64,000 nucleotides of DNA from Escherichia coli. GTDB lineage: Bacteria; Pseudomonadota; Gammaproteobacteria; Enterobacterales; Enterobacteriaceae. The position numbers and the translations under genes were made by a program. The DNA is taken from assembly GCF_001677475.2 (NCBI RefSeq), contig NZ_CP015229.1. One strand, written 5' to 3'. Below the pieces are notes generated by a model, which had not been told where the DNA came from, searched no databases, and saw only the letters and a program-made list of their open reading frames with translations. Positions 13,686 through 25,546 of the stretch are shown here, in pieces; position 1 is the first letter of the stretch; the number at the start of each line of letters is the position of its first letter.

Positions 13686-14210
13686 TTACTGATAAGTAAA
13701 TGTTGCCTGAACCAGGCCGGTGATTGAACCAGGCATCACATTTCCTTTCGATACAGCCCGCGTACGAAGCTGAAGGTCATAGGCGTGAGAACCAGGAATA
13801 GGGGTATTATTGATTGATGAACCATTACCCAACGTTGTAGAACCATCCTGCGTAGTGAGCTCAAGAGAGAGGTTAGTTGCTGAACCAGTATTGGCGTAGT
13901 TTGTGGCAATATCACCGTCCGGCGTACCAGAGAAAGCGACGCTAAAGCTGGAGGTTGAGAGTGGGCAATTGGTTAATTGCAAAGAGAAGTCTTTCCAGGT
14001 GGATGCGCTTCCCGCAGCCGAAAGAGAATCCGCCTGAATATTATCGCCAATATTTACATTCACGGCACTATTCCCACCATTAACGACGCACGGAGATGCC
14101 AGTACTAATCCATTAATATTGATATCTACCGCATTAACGGAGGAAGCCCCCAGAAGACTGCTGGCGATAACAAATATTATAAACTTACGCTTCCATATTA
14201 TATTCATCAT
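13686..14210 (-). CDS. fimbrial minor subunit (pilin domain)
   Basis: 174 aa, signal peptide, C-terminal ATFTYQ motif. Confidence 0.8.
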   Translation of the reverse strand: MMNIIWKRKFIIFVIASSLLGASSVNAVDININGLVLASPCVVNGGNSAVNVNIGDNIQADSLSAAGSASTWKDFSLQLTNCPLSTSSFSVAFSGTPDGDIATNYANTGSATNLSLELTTQDGSTTLGNGSSINNTPIPGSHAYDLQLRTRAVSKGNVMPGSITGLVQATFTYQ

Positions 14211-14216
14211 TTTTCC

Positions 14217-15212
14217 TTAATTATATTGTACAGTAAATTGCAATGCGGATTTTACCTCGCCGGTGGTTATGTTATTAACATCGTCAATGTAATAAGCTAC
14301 TTTATATTCGGGTATTGTATAATCACCTGAGCCGATATAATTCAATGCAAAGTTATTGTTAAACTGATCGAATCCGCTTCCATCGGGGTTTTGAAATTGC
14401 ACATATACGCCTTGCGCATAACCGGTTCCGGTCTCACCGTTCATCACGCCATCCACCGAGCCGTGAGTTCCGTATAAGGCGCTAAATTTGTAAGAGATAC
14501 CCGTAATTGCGCCCGGACAATTTGTTAATGTTATTGTAGGTATTGGCGTAGCCAGTTGTGCCCCACTAACTGCATTACCGCCATAAAGTGTTGTAAGGTT
14601 CACTTCTTTTGGAGCATTTATTATGCATGGCGTCATGGTAGGCTGCGAAGAAACTCCTGAGCGTGCAAGAAATGATTTATCCGAATAAGTGCTTCCCGGC
14701 GGGTTGTGATAATTTAATGTGACGTCAGGAACAGTGACAAGAGGTCCTGGCGGTATCTGCTCTGTAAGACGAACTAATTCATACTTGATGTGTAGGTAAC
14801 CACTCTTGCTTAAACCTTCCGGGAAAGTCAGCGTGTGAGGTGCTGCTTTCGCCAAATTTGGTGTGGTATCTGTTGGGGTTGAAAAATTGAGTTGATATGC
14901 AATGCCAATACCTGGATTGCTAGTTTGATATATGGTTGCTCCGTCGCCCGTTGTTCCGACCACCGTCCCATTTACTGTAAGATCGGCATATGCACTGCCA
15001 GAACCTCCGGACGCGATATTGATCCAATAAAATTTATTCCAGTCATCAAACCAGGTTGTTCCACCTACACTCGTTGGTATGCTCCACGTTGAAAAATCAT
15101 GAGGGTAAGTGACTACCTGTGCAGTATCAGTCTGAAATTGCGATGCTGTTGTTGTTAACGGCAGTGATGCAATGCCTGAGATAAGAAAGATGATTACCCT
15201 TTGTTTATTCAT
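14217..15212 (-). CDS. two-domain fimbrial tip adhesin (F17-G/ElfG-like)
   Basis: About 330 aa with signal peptide at MNKQRVIIFLISGIASL, C-terminal pilin-like FTVQYN; position immediately after the usher as in F17/elf operons; track ORF extends to 15257. Confidence 0.7.
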   Translation of the reverse strand: MNKQRVIIFLISGIASLPLTTTASQFQTDTAQVVTYPHDFSTWSIPTSVGGTTWFDDWNKFYWINIASGGSGSAYADLTVNGTVVGTTGDGATIYQTSNPGIGIAYQLNFSTPTDTTPNLAKAAPHTLTFPEGLSKSGYLHIKYELVRLTEQIPPGPLVTVPDVTLNYHNPPGSTYSDKSFLARSGVSSQPTMTPCIINAPKEVNLTTLYGGNAVSGAQLATPIPTITLTNCPGAITGISYKFSALYGTHGSVDGVMNGETGTGYAQGVYVQFQNPDGSGFDQFNNNFALNYIGSGDYTIPEYKVAYYIDDVNNITTGEVKSALQFTVQYN

Positions 15213-15240
15213 AGCATTGTTTCCTCTTTTCTGGCTCAAT

Positions 15241-17814
15241 TTATTCGCACCTTCCATGGTTCTCTAATACACTATTTGTCGATTGCTGTTGAGTGACATT
15301 GAATTCAACCCGGCAATTTTGGTGCGCATTGTTTCCCCATTTAACGGCGAGTACACCACTGTCCGGCATACCTGTCATATAGACTTGTCCGTTATCGCCG
15401 ACGATAAAGCTGTTTGCATTTTCACTGTTAAGCAGAGTGACAATGGCTCCGAAAGGTATCGCTTCTCCCGATGGTTTATCCAGCATCATTAATACACGAT
15501 TACCTATGCGAATATTAAAGTTTGCTCGCGCAATAGCGCCACGTGTTGGCGTTACGGTACGTGAGGAGAGCTCAACATCTGCATTTTCAGGTAATGCTTC
15601 AGTGTTAAGTGAAATAGTGTTTTCACGATAGGGGCTGATATAAGGAACGATCGTGTAGCCACGAAAGTCGGTGTTTACACCGGTCTGGTTACTGATATTT
15701 ACACCGCTGGCACCTGGCGCTTCAACCAGTGCAGTGGTTTCTCCCAGGGACTGGCTTAGTGTGATGCCATTGGCATGAACAACAATACCCCCATCAATAC
15801 CATAGTTCACCCGGTGCTGGTTCTGGTCATAACTGTACGCAGCATTGACGCGACCATAGGTTCCCTGATAGTCCAGGCTGGCATAACCGCCATTACCTAC
15901 ACCGTGATCCGTTTCACTTTCCTGAATATTCCAGTTGAGGTTCTGATCGTCAAGCGCAGAACCATTCAGGCCTACAGAATGACTGGTATCGCCGTGTTTA
16001 CTGGTATTCAGACTGTAGCTCGCCCAACTGTTATTCAACCAGCGATTTAATGGAATATTGATATTAAATGAGAAAATCTGATCGCTATTGTAGTACTTAT
16101 TACGCGTTGTATTATTGTCGCGGTAATTACTATTGTCGTTGGTATTACGGTTATAACTGTAATTCAGGCTGTAAGTCATGCCGCTCCAGCTATTACTGTA
16201 GCCAACGCCAACAGAACGCATTTGTCGATCGCTGTTCCAGTAATCTTCGCTAATGGCATTAAGCGATACTGAACCAGCATTCTGTCCAAGATTTTGGTTA
16301 AGCAGGAACTCCGCTCGATTACGCCGCCGTTCTGGCATGTTTTGATTATTTTCACGCCAGGTGTCGAGCGTTTCTTGTAGTGAATAATAACCCGATGTGG
16401 AATAGCGGTAGCCCGCGATAGAAACGTTAGTCCCGGTGGCGAGAATGTTTTTACTATAGCGTACCCGTACTGACTGACCGCTGGTTTTCTCTTGTTCCTG
16501 CTGTTGGGACCAGGCCTGGGCGGTATCGATAGATAAGGCGCCCATTTCACCCAGGTTTTTACCCATACCGAAAATTAATGATTGATAATGTTGCGAGAAT
16601 TGCCCACCGCCATATAAGGTAAATCCAACGGGCAGGCCATATATGGCAGTTGCTTGCGTGAAATACTCTTTATCAACACGACTGTCATAAGAGCGGTATT
16701 TCCCGCTGGTCACGCTATATTTCAGGCGGCCTTCACGTTGCAACACGGGGAGCGATGCAAAGGGAACAACCTGGTGCTGTTCACTGCCATCCGCTTCTTT
16801 AACCGTTACGTCCAGATCGCCGCTACTTCCGGTCGGATACATATCCGTGATTTCAAATGCGCCTGGCGAAACATAAGTTTGATAAATGGTATAACCATTT
16901 TGTTTAACAATAACCTGCGCATTGGTTCTGGCGATTCCGCGTACAACAGGTGCATAACCACGCATACTGTCAGGTAACATATCGTCATCAGAAGCTAGCT
17001 GCACACCGCGAAACGGAACGCTATCAAACATATCTGACGGAGAAGAGCTTTCTCCAAGCGTGAGCTGGCTCTTGAGCGAAATGATATTTCGCTGGGCATA
17101 GGTATACAGAGAATCCCAGTTGTTCTGGGTATCACTACCAAAAGTGTTACGACTCCAGGTACTGTAATTACGTAAGCGCCATGGCCCGATATTTAATCCA
17201 GGAAGGAGATTAAGATAATAGCTGTCAGAATCAGATGAATTGCTATCACGCGATTTTGTATTAGCACCGGTGAAATTGTAGTTCAGCAGTAACGCATTTA
17301 TTCCTTCATCCAGATTTTCAGGCGCCACGTATCCACGCGGTTTCGCTTCGACTGCCGCTTGAGGTATTTCCACCATTAGCTGCTGACGGTTAAAAATGAG
17401 TTTTGCCGAGGCCATCGGAATTGCCGCGAGATTGGCGCAGCCTTCATTATTGATCAGTTGCGGGAATAACTCGGTACGAACACCAAATTGCTTTAATTTT
17501 TCCACCGATATACACGGTTGCAATATGTTCTGACCCTGAAGGTCTTTCTGCATACTGAAAGTAATATCGTGTGTACCCAGCGACATTTTGTTTAGGTAAA
17601 CGTCAACACGATAGGTTCCAGGAATCTGACCGACACCCTCTTCAAAAGCGCTAAGATCTGAAATACCTGAGCCAGGGCCGTCGATTCCCAGTAATGCGGG
17701 GTTAAAATATTCGCGTGCATATGCCGATGAGGCGAGAGACAGGGCGCATTGCAGAGCAACGAAACAGGCAATTTTGTTCCGTATCATTTTCTTTTTATTG
17801 ATTCTTGAACTCAT
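15241..17814 (-). CDS. fimbrial outer-membrane usher
   Basis: 857-aa ORF with signal peptide, usher-family length and Cys pair near C-terminus. Confidence 0.85.
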   Translation of the reverse strand: MSSRINKKKMIRNKIACFVALQCALSLASSAYAREYFNPALLGIDGPGSGISDLSAFEEGVGQIPGTYRVDVYLNKMSLGTHDITFSMQKDLQGQNILQPCISVEKLKQFGVRTELFPQLINNEGCANLAAIPMASAKLIFNRQQLMVEIPQAAVEAKPRGYVAPENLDEGINALLLNYNFTGANTKSRDSNSSDSDSYYLNLLPGLNIGPWRLRNYSTWSRNTFGSDTQNNWDSLYTYAQRNIISLKSQLTLGESSSPSDMFDSVPFRGVQLASDDDMLPDSMRGYAPVVRGIARTNAQVIVKQNGYTIYQTYVSPGAFEITDMYPTGSSGDLDVTVKEADGSEQHQVVPFASLPVLQREGRLKYSVTSGKYRSYDSRVDKEYFTQATAIYGLPVGFTLYGGGQFSQHYQSLIFGMGKNLGEMGALSIDTAQAWSQQQEQEKTSGQSVRVRYSKNILATGTNVSIAGYRYSTSGYYSLQETLDTWRENNQNMPERRRNRAEFLLNQNLGQNAGSVSLNAISEDYWNSDRQMRSVGVGYSNSWSGMTYSLNYSYNRNTNDNSNYRDNNTTRNKYYNSDQIFSFNINIPLNRWLNNSWASYSLNTSKHGDTSHSVGLNGSALDDQNLNWNIQESETDHGVGNGGYASLDYQGTYGRVNAAYSYDQNQHRVNYGIDGGIVVHANGITLSQSLGETTALVEAPGASGVNISNQTGVNTDFRGYTIVPYISPYRENTISLNTEALPENADVELSSRTVTPTRGAIARANFNIRIGNRVLMMLDKPSGEAIPFGAIVTLLNSENANSFIVGDNGQVYMTGMPDSGVLAVKWGNNAHQNCRVEFNVTQQQSTNSVLENHGRCE

Positions 17815-17843
17815 TACACATCCTTATGCAGTTAAATGGCGTC

Positions 17844-18521
17844 TTACAAAGAAGCGTTGTGTACGTCGCCTGCTGCACCGTAATCACTGATGATTGTCCA
17901 GCTTACATTTCCTGTTGTGTTGGCTGGAATTTGAAATGTCGCACTACTCATAGGAGCAACATATGTGGCATCAGGTAATGCTTTTCCGCCAATCTTGACC
18001 TGACTGAAGTTCATATAGTAAGCAGTTGGGTTGGTGACAGTGATTTGCTGTCCGCTACGTCGCCAGGTCAAATTTTTCACGACTTGTTCTGGTAATGTGG
18101 ACGAAATCTCATGTGGTCGATAAATCAATTTAATTCGCGTTTTAATGGCAATTTGCAAGGTGTTGACATTTTCCTGCTTTTCAGTTGCAGGTATCGTTTT
18201 AATATTCATCCAGTACATCGTTTCGCGATCTGTCGGCAGATTGCCGCCAGCGCGAATAATGCGCAACGCATTTTCTTCAGTGGCGCCCAGGCGGAACAGA
18301 GGGGGGGTAATAATAAAAGGGGCTTTGGCGTTGGTTTGCGGATCTCCATCGACCCATGATTGAATAAGGTAGGAGGATTTATCCGGATTTTTCAGGTGCA
18401 GAGACGTTTCTTTTTTATCGCCATTATAAATAACTCGTGTTCCTCCAACAATGACACCCGCCTGTGCAACAGAGTTGGATAATAACAATGCAGTAGCAAG
18501 AAAATAAGTCGATAATTTCAT
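17844..18521 (-). CDS. PapD-like periplasmic fimbrial chaperone
   Basis: 225 aa, signal peptide, two-domain chaperone pattern. Confidence 0.85.
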   Translation of the reverse strand: MKLSTYFLATALLLSNSVAQAGVIVGGTRVIYNGDKKETSLHLKNPDKSSYLIQSWVDGDPQTNAKAPFIITPPLFRLGATEENALRIIRAGGNLPTDRETMYWMNIKTIPATEKQENVNTLQIAIKTRIKLIYRPHEISSTLPEQVVKNLTWRRSGQQITVTNPTAYYMNFSQVKIGGKALPDATYVAPMSSATFQIPANTTGNVSWTIISDYGAAGDVHNASL

Positions 18522-18595
18522 CTCAAAAACCTTTAAAAGGTAAAACCGAGTAACTCGGTTTTACCTGACGTAATTATATTAAAATCAGGCGTATC

Positions 18596-19129
18596 TTAGT
18601 TATACGCTAACGTAAAGTTCACAGTACCATTTGCACTACCAACCGCTATGGTATCTTCTGTAGCGATATAACGTGCAAAGAAGTCCAGGTTAGTGTCGCC
18701 AGTGCTATTGAGAGCCGTGCTATCAGATTCAGTACCGAGAGGCAGCACACTACCGGAAGAATTCATGAGCTGAATTGCAACACCTTTTGCTACACCGGTT
18801 GTACCGTAATCAGTAACTTGTAAAGCATCCTGATTGATCTGATCCGGAGTACCATCGTATTTAACAGCAACATTTTTGAGCTCATTCGGGCAATTTTTTA
18901 ATACCAGTGTAAATTTGGTATTTGCAGCAGTAGTCCCAGCCGTAGCGTTAAAAGCTGTTTTAGCAATTGTGCCTAATTTCACTGTCATTGGAGATGACAG
19001 CGTACTGTTAACTTCACAGCCTGATTCAATGATATCTCCAATAAAATTTATTTTACCATCATCTGCAGAGGCGACAGAGCTAAGACCAGCGGTTGTTACT
19101 AAAACCAGAGCGGCTAGTTTGAATTTCAT
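18596..19129 (-). CDS. fimbrial major subunit
   Basis: 177 aa, signal peptide, Cys pair (ESGCEV...KNCP), C-terminal NFTLAYN. Confidence 0.85.
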   Translation of the reverse strand: MKFKLAALVLVTTAGLSSVASADDGKINFIGDIIESGCEVNSTLSSPMTVKLGTIAKTAFNATAGTTAANTKFTLVLKNCPNELKNVAVKYDGTPDQINQDALQVTDYGTTGVAKGVAIQLMNSSGSVLPLGTESDSTALNSTGDTNLDFFARYIATEDTIAVGSANGTVNFTLAYN

Positions 19130-19484
19130 TTACATTATCCTTGAGATTGCAGCAAATATGCTTACTTTGACAGTACTAAGGCACTGCCATCACTCCAGTG
19201 AATTTTAAATTCCTCAGGAAAAAATATAATATTAAAGCACGAAACGTTAAACACCTTATTTTTACTTAAATATGTTTTTAGGCATACTTAATTGATTCGT
19301 ATTGCGTATGATTGGTGGTGAAGTTTGTGAGGATTGCTGGGGGGGTGTACAATCATATTGATGATTTAAATGTGTGCTGTTGTATAAATATCTTTGGGCA
19401 ATCAAAAAGAGGCCAGTGAACAGATAAATTTGAACATAGAAGCTAAAATAATTTACTGTATTTCTTTGTTTATTGGGGAAGTGA

Positions 19485-20294
19485 ATGTTTTTAATTAATG
19501 GAAAATGTAACGATGAGTTACCGGCTTGTGACAGGAGCATACAGTTCGGTGATGGATGTTTTACAACGGCTGTGATAAACCGTGGGCAGGTAGTACTCTT
19601 GACCGCGCATTTAACACGTTTACGTGAAGCCTGCTCCCGTTTAAGCATTCCTTATTCCGACTGGTCTATACTGGAAGATGAGATGCAAAGTCTGGCACGA
19701 CAAGCTGAGCGTGGCGTTTTAAAAGTTATTATCACTCGCGGCAGCGGTGGTCGAGGATATAGCATCGCCCACTGCGAATCGCCTGGGCGCATTTTATCTG
19801 TCTCCCCCTTTCCTGAACATTACACCCGCTGGCGGCGGGAAGGTATTACTCTGGCGCTAAGTCCAGTACGCCTTGGACGTAATCCTTATCTCGCAGGAAT
19901 TAAACATCTTAATCGGCTTGAGCAAGTATTGATCCGCTCTCATCTTGAGCAGACAAACGCTGATGAGGCGCTGGTCCTTGACAGCGAAGGGTGGGTTACG
20001 GAATGCTGTGCGGCTAATTTGTTCTGGCGGAAGGGCAACGTAGTTTATACGCCGCGACTGGATCAGGCAGGTGTTAACGGCATTATGCGACAATTCTGTA
20101 TCCGTTTACTGGCACAATCCTCTTATCAGCTTGTCGAAGTACAAGCCTCGCTGGAGGAGGTGATGCAGGCAGATGAGATGGTAGTCTGTAATGCGTTGAT
20201 GCCAGTGATTCCCGTGCGTGCCTGTGGCGAAGCCTCCTTTTCGTCAACAACGCTATATGAATATTTAGCCCCACTTTGTGAGCACCCGAATTAG
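19485..20294 (+). CDS. pabC: aminodeoxychorismate lyase
   Basis: 269-aa class IV aminotransferase-fold ORF; K-12 synteny. Confidence 0.9.
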   Translation: MFLINGKCNDELPACDRSIQFGDGCFTTAVINRGQVVLLTAHLTRLREACSRLSIPYSDWSILEDEMQSLARQAERGVLKVIITRGSGGRGYSIAHCESPGRILSVSPFPEHYTRWRREGITLALSPVRLGRNPYLAGIKHLNRLEQVLIRSHLEQTNADEALVLDSEGWVTECCAANLFWRKGNVVYTPRLDQAGVNGIMRQFCIRLLAQSSYQLVEVQASLEEVMQADEMVVCNALMPVIPVRACGEASFSSTTLYEYLAPLCEHPN

Positions 20295-20296
20295 TC

Positions 20297-21319
20297 ATGA
20301 AAAAAGTGTTTTTGATTATCTTGTTATTGCTGGTGGTACTGGGTATCGCCGCTGGTGTGGGCGTCTGGAAGGTTCGCCATCTTGCCGACAGCAAATTGCT
20401 TATCAAAGAAGAGACAATATTTACCCTGAAGCCAGGGACCGGACGTCTGGCGCTCGGTGAACAGCTTTATGCCGATAAGATCATCAATCGTCCACGGGTT
20501 TTTCAATGGCTGCTGCGTATCGAACCGGATCTTTCTCACTTTAAAGCCGGGACTTACCGCTTTACACCGCAGATGACCGTGCGCGAGATGCTGAAATTGC
20601 TGGAAAGCGGTAAAGAAGCACAGTTCCCTCTGCGACTGGTAGAAGGGATGCGTCTGAGCGATTACCTCAAGCAATTGCGTGAGGCCCCGTATATCAAGCA
20701 TACGCTGAGCGACGATAAGTACGCCACCGTAGCGCAGGCACTTGAACTGGAAAACCCGGAGTGGATTGAAGGTTGGTTCTGGCCAGATACCTGGATGTAT
20801 ACCGCCAATACCACCGATGTCGCGTTACTCAAGCGAGCGCACAAGAAAATGGTGAAAGCGGTCGATAGCGCCTGGGAAGGGCGTGCGGACGGTCTACCTT
20901 ATAAAGATAAAAACCAGCTGGTGACGATGGCATCAATTATCGAAAAAGAAACCGCCGTTGCCAGTGAACGCGATCAGGTTGCCTCGGTATTTATCAACCG
21001 TTTACGCATTGGTATGCGCCTGCAGACCGACCCAGCCGTGATTTACGGGATGGGAGAGCGTTATAATGGCAAACTTTCTCGTGCAGACCTGGAAACGCCG
21101 ACAGCGTATAACACCTATACCATTACCGGTTTGCCGCCAGGTGCGATAGCTACGCCGGGGGCGGATTCGCTGAAGGCTGCTGCGCATCCGGCAAAAACGC
21201 CGTATCTCTATTTTGTGGCCGATGGTAAAGGTGGTCACACGTTTAATACCAATCTTGCCAGTCATAACAAGTCTGTGCAGGATTATCTGAAAGTGCTTAA
21301 GGAAAAAAATGCGCAGTAA
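20297..21319 (+). CDS. mltG: endolytic murein transglycosylase MltG (YceG)
   Basis: 340 aa, N-terminal TM anchor, YceG family. Confidence 0.9.
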   Translation: MKKVFLIILLLLVVLGIAAGVGVWKVRHLADSKLLIKEETIFTLKPGTGRLALGEQLYADKIINRPRVFQWLLRIEPDLSHFKAGTYRFTPQMTVREMLKLLESGKEAQFPLRLVEGMRLSDYLKQLREAPYIKHTLSDDKYATVAQALELENPEWIEGWFWPDTWMYTANTTDVALLKRAHKKMVKAVDSAWEGRADGLPYKDKNQLVTMASIIEKETAVASERDQVASVFINRLRIGMRLQTDPAVIYGMGERYNGKLSRADLETPTAYNTYTITGLPPGAIATPGADSLKAAAHPAKTPYLYFVADGKGGHTFNTNLASHNKSVQDYLKVLKEKNAQ

Positions 21320-21950
21320 GTATATCGTCATTGAGGGGCTGGAAGGCGCAGGCAAAACTACCGCGCGTAATGTGGTGGTTGAGACGCTCGAGCAACTGGG
21401 TATCCGCGACATGGTTTTCACTCGGGAACCTGGCGGTACGCAACTTGCCGAAAAGTTAAGAAGCCTGGTGCTGGATATCAAATCGGTAGGCGATGAAGTC
21501 ATTACTGATAAAGCCGAAGTTCTGATGTTTTATGCCGCGCGCGTTCAACTGGTAGAAACGGTCATCAAACCTGCGCTGGCTAACGGCACCTGGGTGATTG
21601 GCGATCGCCACGATCTCTCCACTCAGGCGTATCAGGGCGGCGGACGTGGTATTGACCAACATATGCTGGCAACACTGCGTGATGCTGTTCTCGGGGATTT
21701 TCGCCCCGACTTAACGCTCTATCTCGATGTTACCCCGGAAGTTGGCTTAAAACGCGCGCGTGCGCGCGGCGAGCTGGATCGTATTGAGCAAGAGTCTTTC
21801 GATTTTTTTAATCGCACCCGCGCCCGCTATCTGGAACTGGCAGCACAAGATAAAAGCATTCATACCATTGATGCCACCCAGCCGCTGGAGGCCGTGATGG
21901 ATGCAATCCGCACTACCGTGACCAAATGGGTGAAGGAGTTGGACGCATGA
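21309..21950 (+). CDS. tmk: thymidylate kinase
   Basis: 213 aa; P-loop GLEGAGKTT. Confidence 0.95.
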   Translation: MRSKYIVIEGLEGAGKTTARNVVVETLEQLGIRDMVFTREPGGTQLAEKLRSLVLDIKSVGDEVITDKAEVLMFYAARVQLVETVIKPALANGTWVIGDRHDLSTQAYQGGGRGIDQHMLATLRDAVLGDFRPDLTLYLDVTPEVGLKRARARGELDRIEQESFDFFNRTRARYLELAAQDKSIHTIDATQPLEAVMDAIRTTVTKWVKELDA

Positions 21951-22951
21951 GATGGTATCCATGGTTACGACCTGATTTCGAAAAACTGGTAGCCAGCTAT
22001 CAGGCCGGAAGAGGTCACCATGCGCTGCTCATTCAGGCGTTACCGGGCATGGGCGATGATGCTTTAATCTACGCCCTGAGCCGTTATTTACTCTGCCAAC
22101 AACCGCAGGGCCACAAAAGTTGCGGTCACTGTCGTGGATGTCAGTTGATGCAGGCTGGCACGCATCCCGATTACTACACCCTGGCTCCCGAGAAAGGGAA
22201 AAATGCGCTGGGCATTGATGCGGTACGTGAAGTCACCGAAAAGTTAAATGAGCACGCACGTTTAGGTGGTGCGAAAGTTGTCTGGGTAACCGATGCTGCC
22301 TTACTGACCGACGCCGCGGCTAACGCATTGCTGAAAACGCTTGAAGAGCCACCAGCAGAAACCTGGTTTTTCCTTGCTACCCGCGAGCCTGAACGTTTAC
22401 TGGCAACATTACGTAGTCGTTGTCGGTTACATTACCTTGCGCCGCCGCCGGAACAGTACGCCGTGACCTGGCTTTCACGCGAAGTGACAATGTCACAGGA
22501 TGCACTACTTGCCGCATTGCGCTTAAGCGCCGGTTCGCCTGGCGCGGCACTGGCGTTGTTTCAGGGAGAAAACTGGCAGGCTCGTGAAACATTGTGTCAG
22601 GCGTTGGCATATAGCGTGCCATCGGGCGACTGGTATTCGCTGCTAGCGGCCCTTAATCATGAACAAGCTCCGGCGCGTTTACACTGGCTGGCAACGTTGC
22701 TGATGGATGCGCTAAAACGCCATCATGGCGCTGCGCAGGTGACCAATGTTGATGTGCCGGGCCTTGTCGCCGAACTGGCAAACCATCTTTCTCCCTCGCG
22801 CCTGCAGGCTATACTGGGGGATGTTTGCCACATTCGTGAACAGTTAATGTCTGTCACAGGCATTAACCGCGAGCTTCTCATCACCGATCTTTTACTGCGT
22901 ATTGAGCATTACCTGCAACCGGGCGTTGTGCTACCGGTTCCTCATCTTTAA
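21947..22951 (+). CDS. holB: DNA polymerase III delta' subunit
   Basis: 334 aa from [14 protein letters not shown]; Cys-rich zinc module CGHCRGC; overlaps tmk stop (ATGA). Confidence 0.92.
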   Translation: MRWYPWLRPDFEKLVASYQAGRGHHALLIQALPGMGDDALIYALSRYLLCQQPQGHKSCGHCRGCQLMQAGTHPDYYTLAPEKGKNALGIDAVREVTEKLNEHARLGGAKVVWVTDAALLTDAAANALLKTLEEPPAETWFFLATREPERLLATLRSRCRLHYLAPPPEQYAVTWLSREVTMSQDALLAALRLSAGSPGAALALFQGENWQARETLCQALAYSVPSGDWYSLLAALNHEQAPARLHWLATLLMDALKRHHGAAQVTNVDVPGLVAELANHLSPSRLQAILGDVCHIREQLMSVTGINRELLITDLLLRIEHYLQPGVVLPVPHL

Positions 22952-22961
22952 GAGAGACATC

Positions 22962-23759
22962 ATGTTTTTAGTCGACTCACACTGCCATCTCGATGGTCTG
23001 GATTATGAATCTTTGCATAAGGACGTGGATGACGTTCTGGCGAAAGCCGCCGCACGCGATGTGAAATTTTGTCTGGCAGTCGCCACAACATTACCGGGTT
23101 ATTTACACATGCGGGATCTGGTAGGTGAACGTGACAACGTCGTATTTTCTTGTGGCGTGCATCCACTCAACCAGAATGATCCCTACGATGTAGAAGATTT
23201 ACGCCGTCTGGCGGCAGAAGAGGGTGTTGTAGCGCTGGGTGAAACCGGGCTGGATTATTATTACACACCGGAAACTAAAGTACGTCAGCAAGAGTCCTTC
23301 ATCCATCATATCCAGATTGGTCGTGAACTGAACAAGCCGGTTATCGTCCATACCCGTGACGCCCGTGCCGATACGCTGGCAATTCTGCGCGAAGAAAAAG
23401 TGACGGATTGCGGTGGCGTACTACACTGTTTTACAGAGGACAGAGAAACGGCGGGTAAATTACTGGATCTCGGATTTTACATCTCCTTTTCCGGCATTGT
23501 GACCTTCCGTAATGCGGAGCAACTGCGCGATGCTGCGCGTTATGTCCCACTGGATCGGTTACTGGTGGAAACTGACTCACCTTACCTTGCGCCGGTACCG
23601 CATCGAGGAAAAGAGAATCAACCTGCGATGGTTCGTGACGTTGCAGAATACATGGCTGTGTTGAAAGGTGTTGCCGTTGAAGAACTGGCGCAGGTAACCA
23701 CCGATAACTTCGCCCGTCTGTTTCACATCGACGCTTCCCGCCTTCAATCCATCCGTTGA
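22962..23759 (+). CDS. ycfH: TatD-family metal-dependent hydrolase YcfH
   Basis: 265 aa from [11 protein letters not shown] (TatD HxH motif). Confidence 0.9.
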
Positions 23760-24053
23760 ATGAGTTTTTTTAAAGCTCGTAATTAATGGCTAAAACGAGT
23801 AAAGTTCACCGCCGAAAATTGGGCGGTGAATAACCACGTTTGAAATATTGTGACATATGTTTTGTCAAAATGTGCAACTTCTCCAATGATCTGAAGTTGA
23901 AACGTGATAGCCGTCAAACAAATTGGCACTGAATTATTTTACTCTGTGTAATAAATAAAGGGCGCTTAGATGCCCTGTACACGGCGAGGCTCTCCCCCCT
24001 TGCCACGCGTGAGAACGTAAAAAAAGCACCCATACTCAGGAGCACTCTCAATT

Positions 24054-25487
24054 ATGTTTAAGAATGCATTTGCTAACCTGCAAAAGGTCGGTAAATCGCT
24101 GATGCTGCCGGTATCCGTACTGCCTATCGCAGGTATTCTGCTGGGCGTCGGTTCCGCGAATTTCAGCTGGCTGCCCGCCGTTGTATCGCATGTTATGGCA
24201 GAAGCAGGCGGTTCCGTCTTTGCAAACATGCCACTGATTTTTGCGATCGGTGTCGCCCTCGGCTTTACCAATAACGATGGCGTATCCGCGCTGGCCGCAG
24301 TTGTTGCCTATGGCATTATGGTTAAAACCATGGCCGTGGTTGCGCCACTGGTACTGCATTTACCTGCTGAAGAAATCGCCTCTAAACACCTGGCGGATAC
24401 TGGCGTACTCGGGGGGATTATCTCCGGTGCGATCGCAGCGTACATGTTTAACCGTTTCTACCGTATTAAGCTGCCTGAGTATCTTGGCTTCTTTGCCGGT
24501 AAACGCTTTGTGCCGATCATTTCTGGCCTGGCTGCCATCTTTACTGGCGTTGTGCTGTCCTTCATTTGGCCGCCGATTGGTTCTGCAATCCAGACCTTCT
24601 CTCAGTGGGCTGCTTACCAGAACCCGGTAGTTGCGTTTGGCATTTACGGTTTCATCGAACGTTGCCTGGTACCGTTTGGTCTGCACCACATCTGGAACGT
24701 ACCTTTCCAGATGCAGATTGGTGAATACACCAACGCAGCAGGTCAGGTTTTCCACGGCGACATTCCGCGTTATATGGCGGGTGACCCGACTGCGGGTAAA
24801 CTGTCTGGTGGCTTCCTGTTCAAAATGTACGGTCTGCCAGCTGCCGCAATTGCTATCTGGCACTCTGCTAAACCAGAAAACCGCGCGAAAGTGGGCGGTA
24901 TTATGATCTCCGCGGCGCTGACCTCGTTCCTGACCGGTATCACCGAGCCGATCGAGTTCTCCTTCATGTTCGTTGCGCCGATCCTGTACATCATCCACGC
25001 GATTCTGGCAGGCCTGGCATTCCCAATCTGTATTCTTCTGGGGATGCGTGACGGTACGTCGTTCTCGCACGGTCTGATCGACTTCATCGTTCTGTCTGGT
25101 AACAGCAGCAAACTGTGGCTGTTCCCGATCGTCGGTATCGGTTATGCGATTGTTTACTACACCATCTTCCGCGTGCTGATTAAAGCACTGGATCTGAAAA
25201 CGCCGGGTCGTGAAGACGCGACTGAAGATGCAAAAGCGACAGGTACCAGCGAAATGGCACCGGCTCTGGTTGCTGCATTTGGTGGTAAAGAAAACATTAC
25301 TAACCTCGACGCATGTATTACCCGTCTGCGCGTCAGCGTTGCTGATGTGTCTAAAGTGGATCAGGCCGGCCTGAAGAAACTGGGCGCAGCGGGCGTAGTG
25401 GTTGCTGGTTCTGGTGTTCAGGCGATTTTCGGTACTAAATCCGATAACCTGAAAACCGAGATGGATGAGTACATCCGTAACCACTAA
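24054..25487 (+). CDS. ptsG: PTS glucose-specific EIICB component
   Basis: 477 aa, polytopic EIIC domain plus EIIB with [11 protein letters not shown] phosphocysteine motif. Confidence 0.96.
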
Positions 25488-25510
25488 TCCGTAAGACGTT
25501 GGGGAGACTA

Positions 25511-25536
25511 AGGCAGCCATCTGGCTGCCTTTTTTA
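25511..25536 (+). terminator. rho-independent terminator after ptsG
   Basis: aggcagcca-tct-ggctgcct hairpin followed by T5. Confidence 0.65.
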
Positions 25537-25546
25537 CAGGTGTTAT

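Noticed and set aside
24360-25520. 386-aa minus-strand ORF
   Set aside because: Fully antisense to ptsG, which has clear EIICB motifs; Arg-rich artefactual frame.
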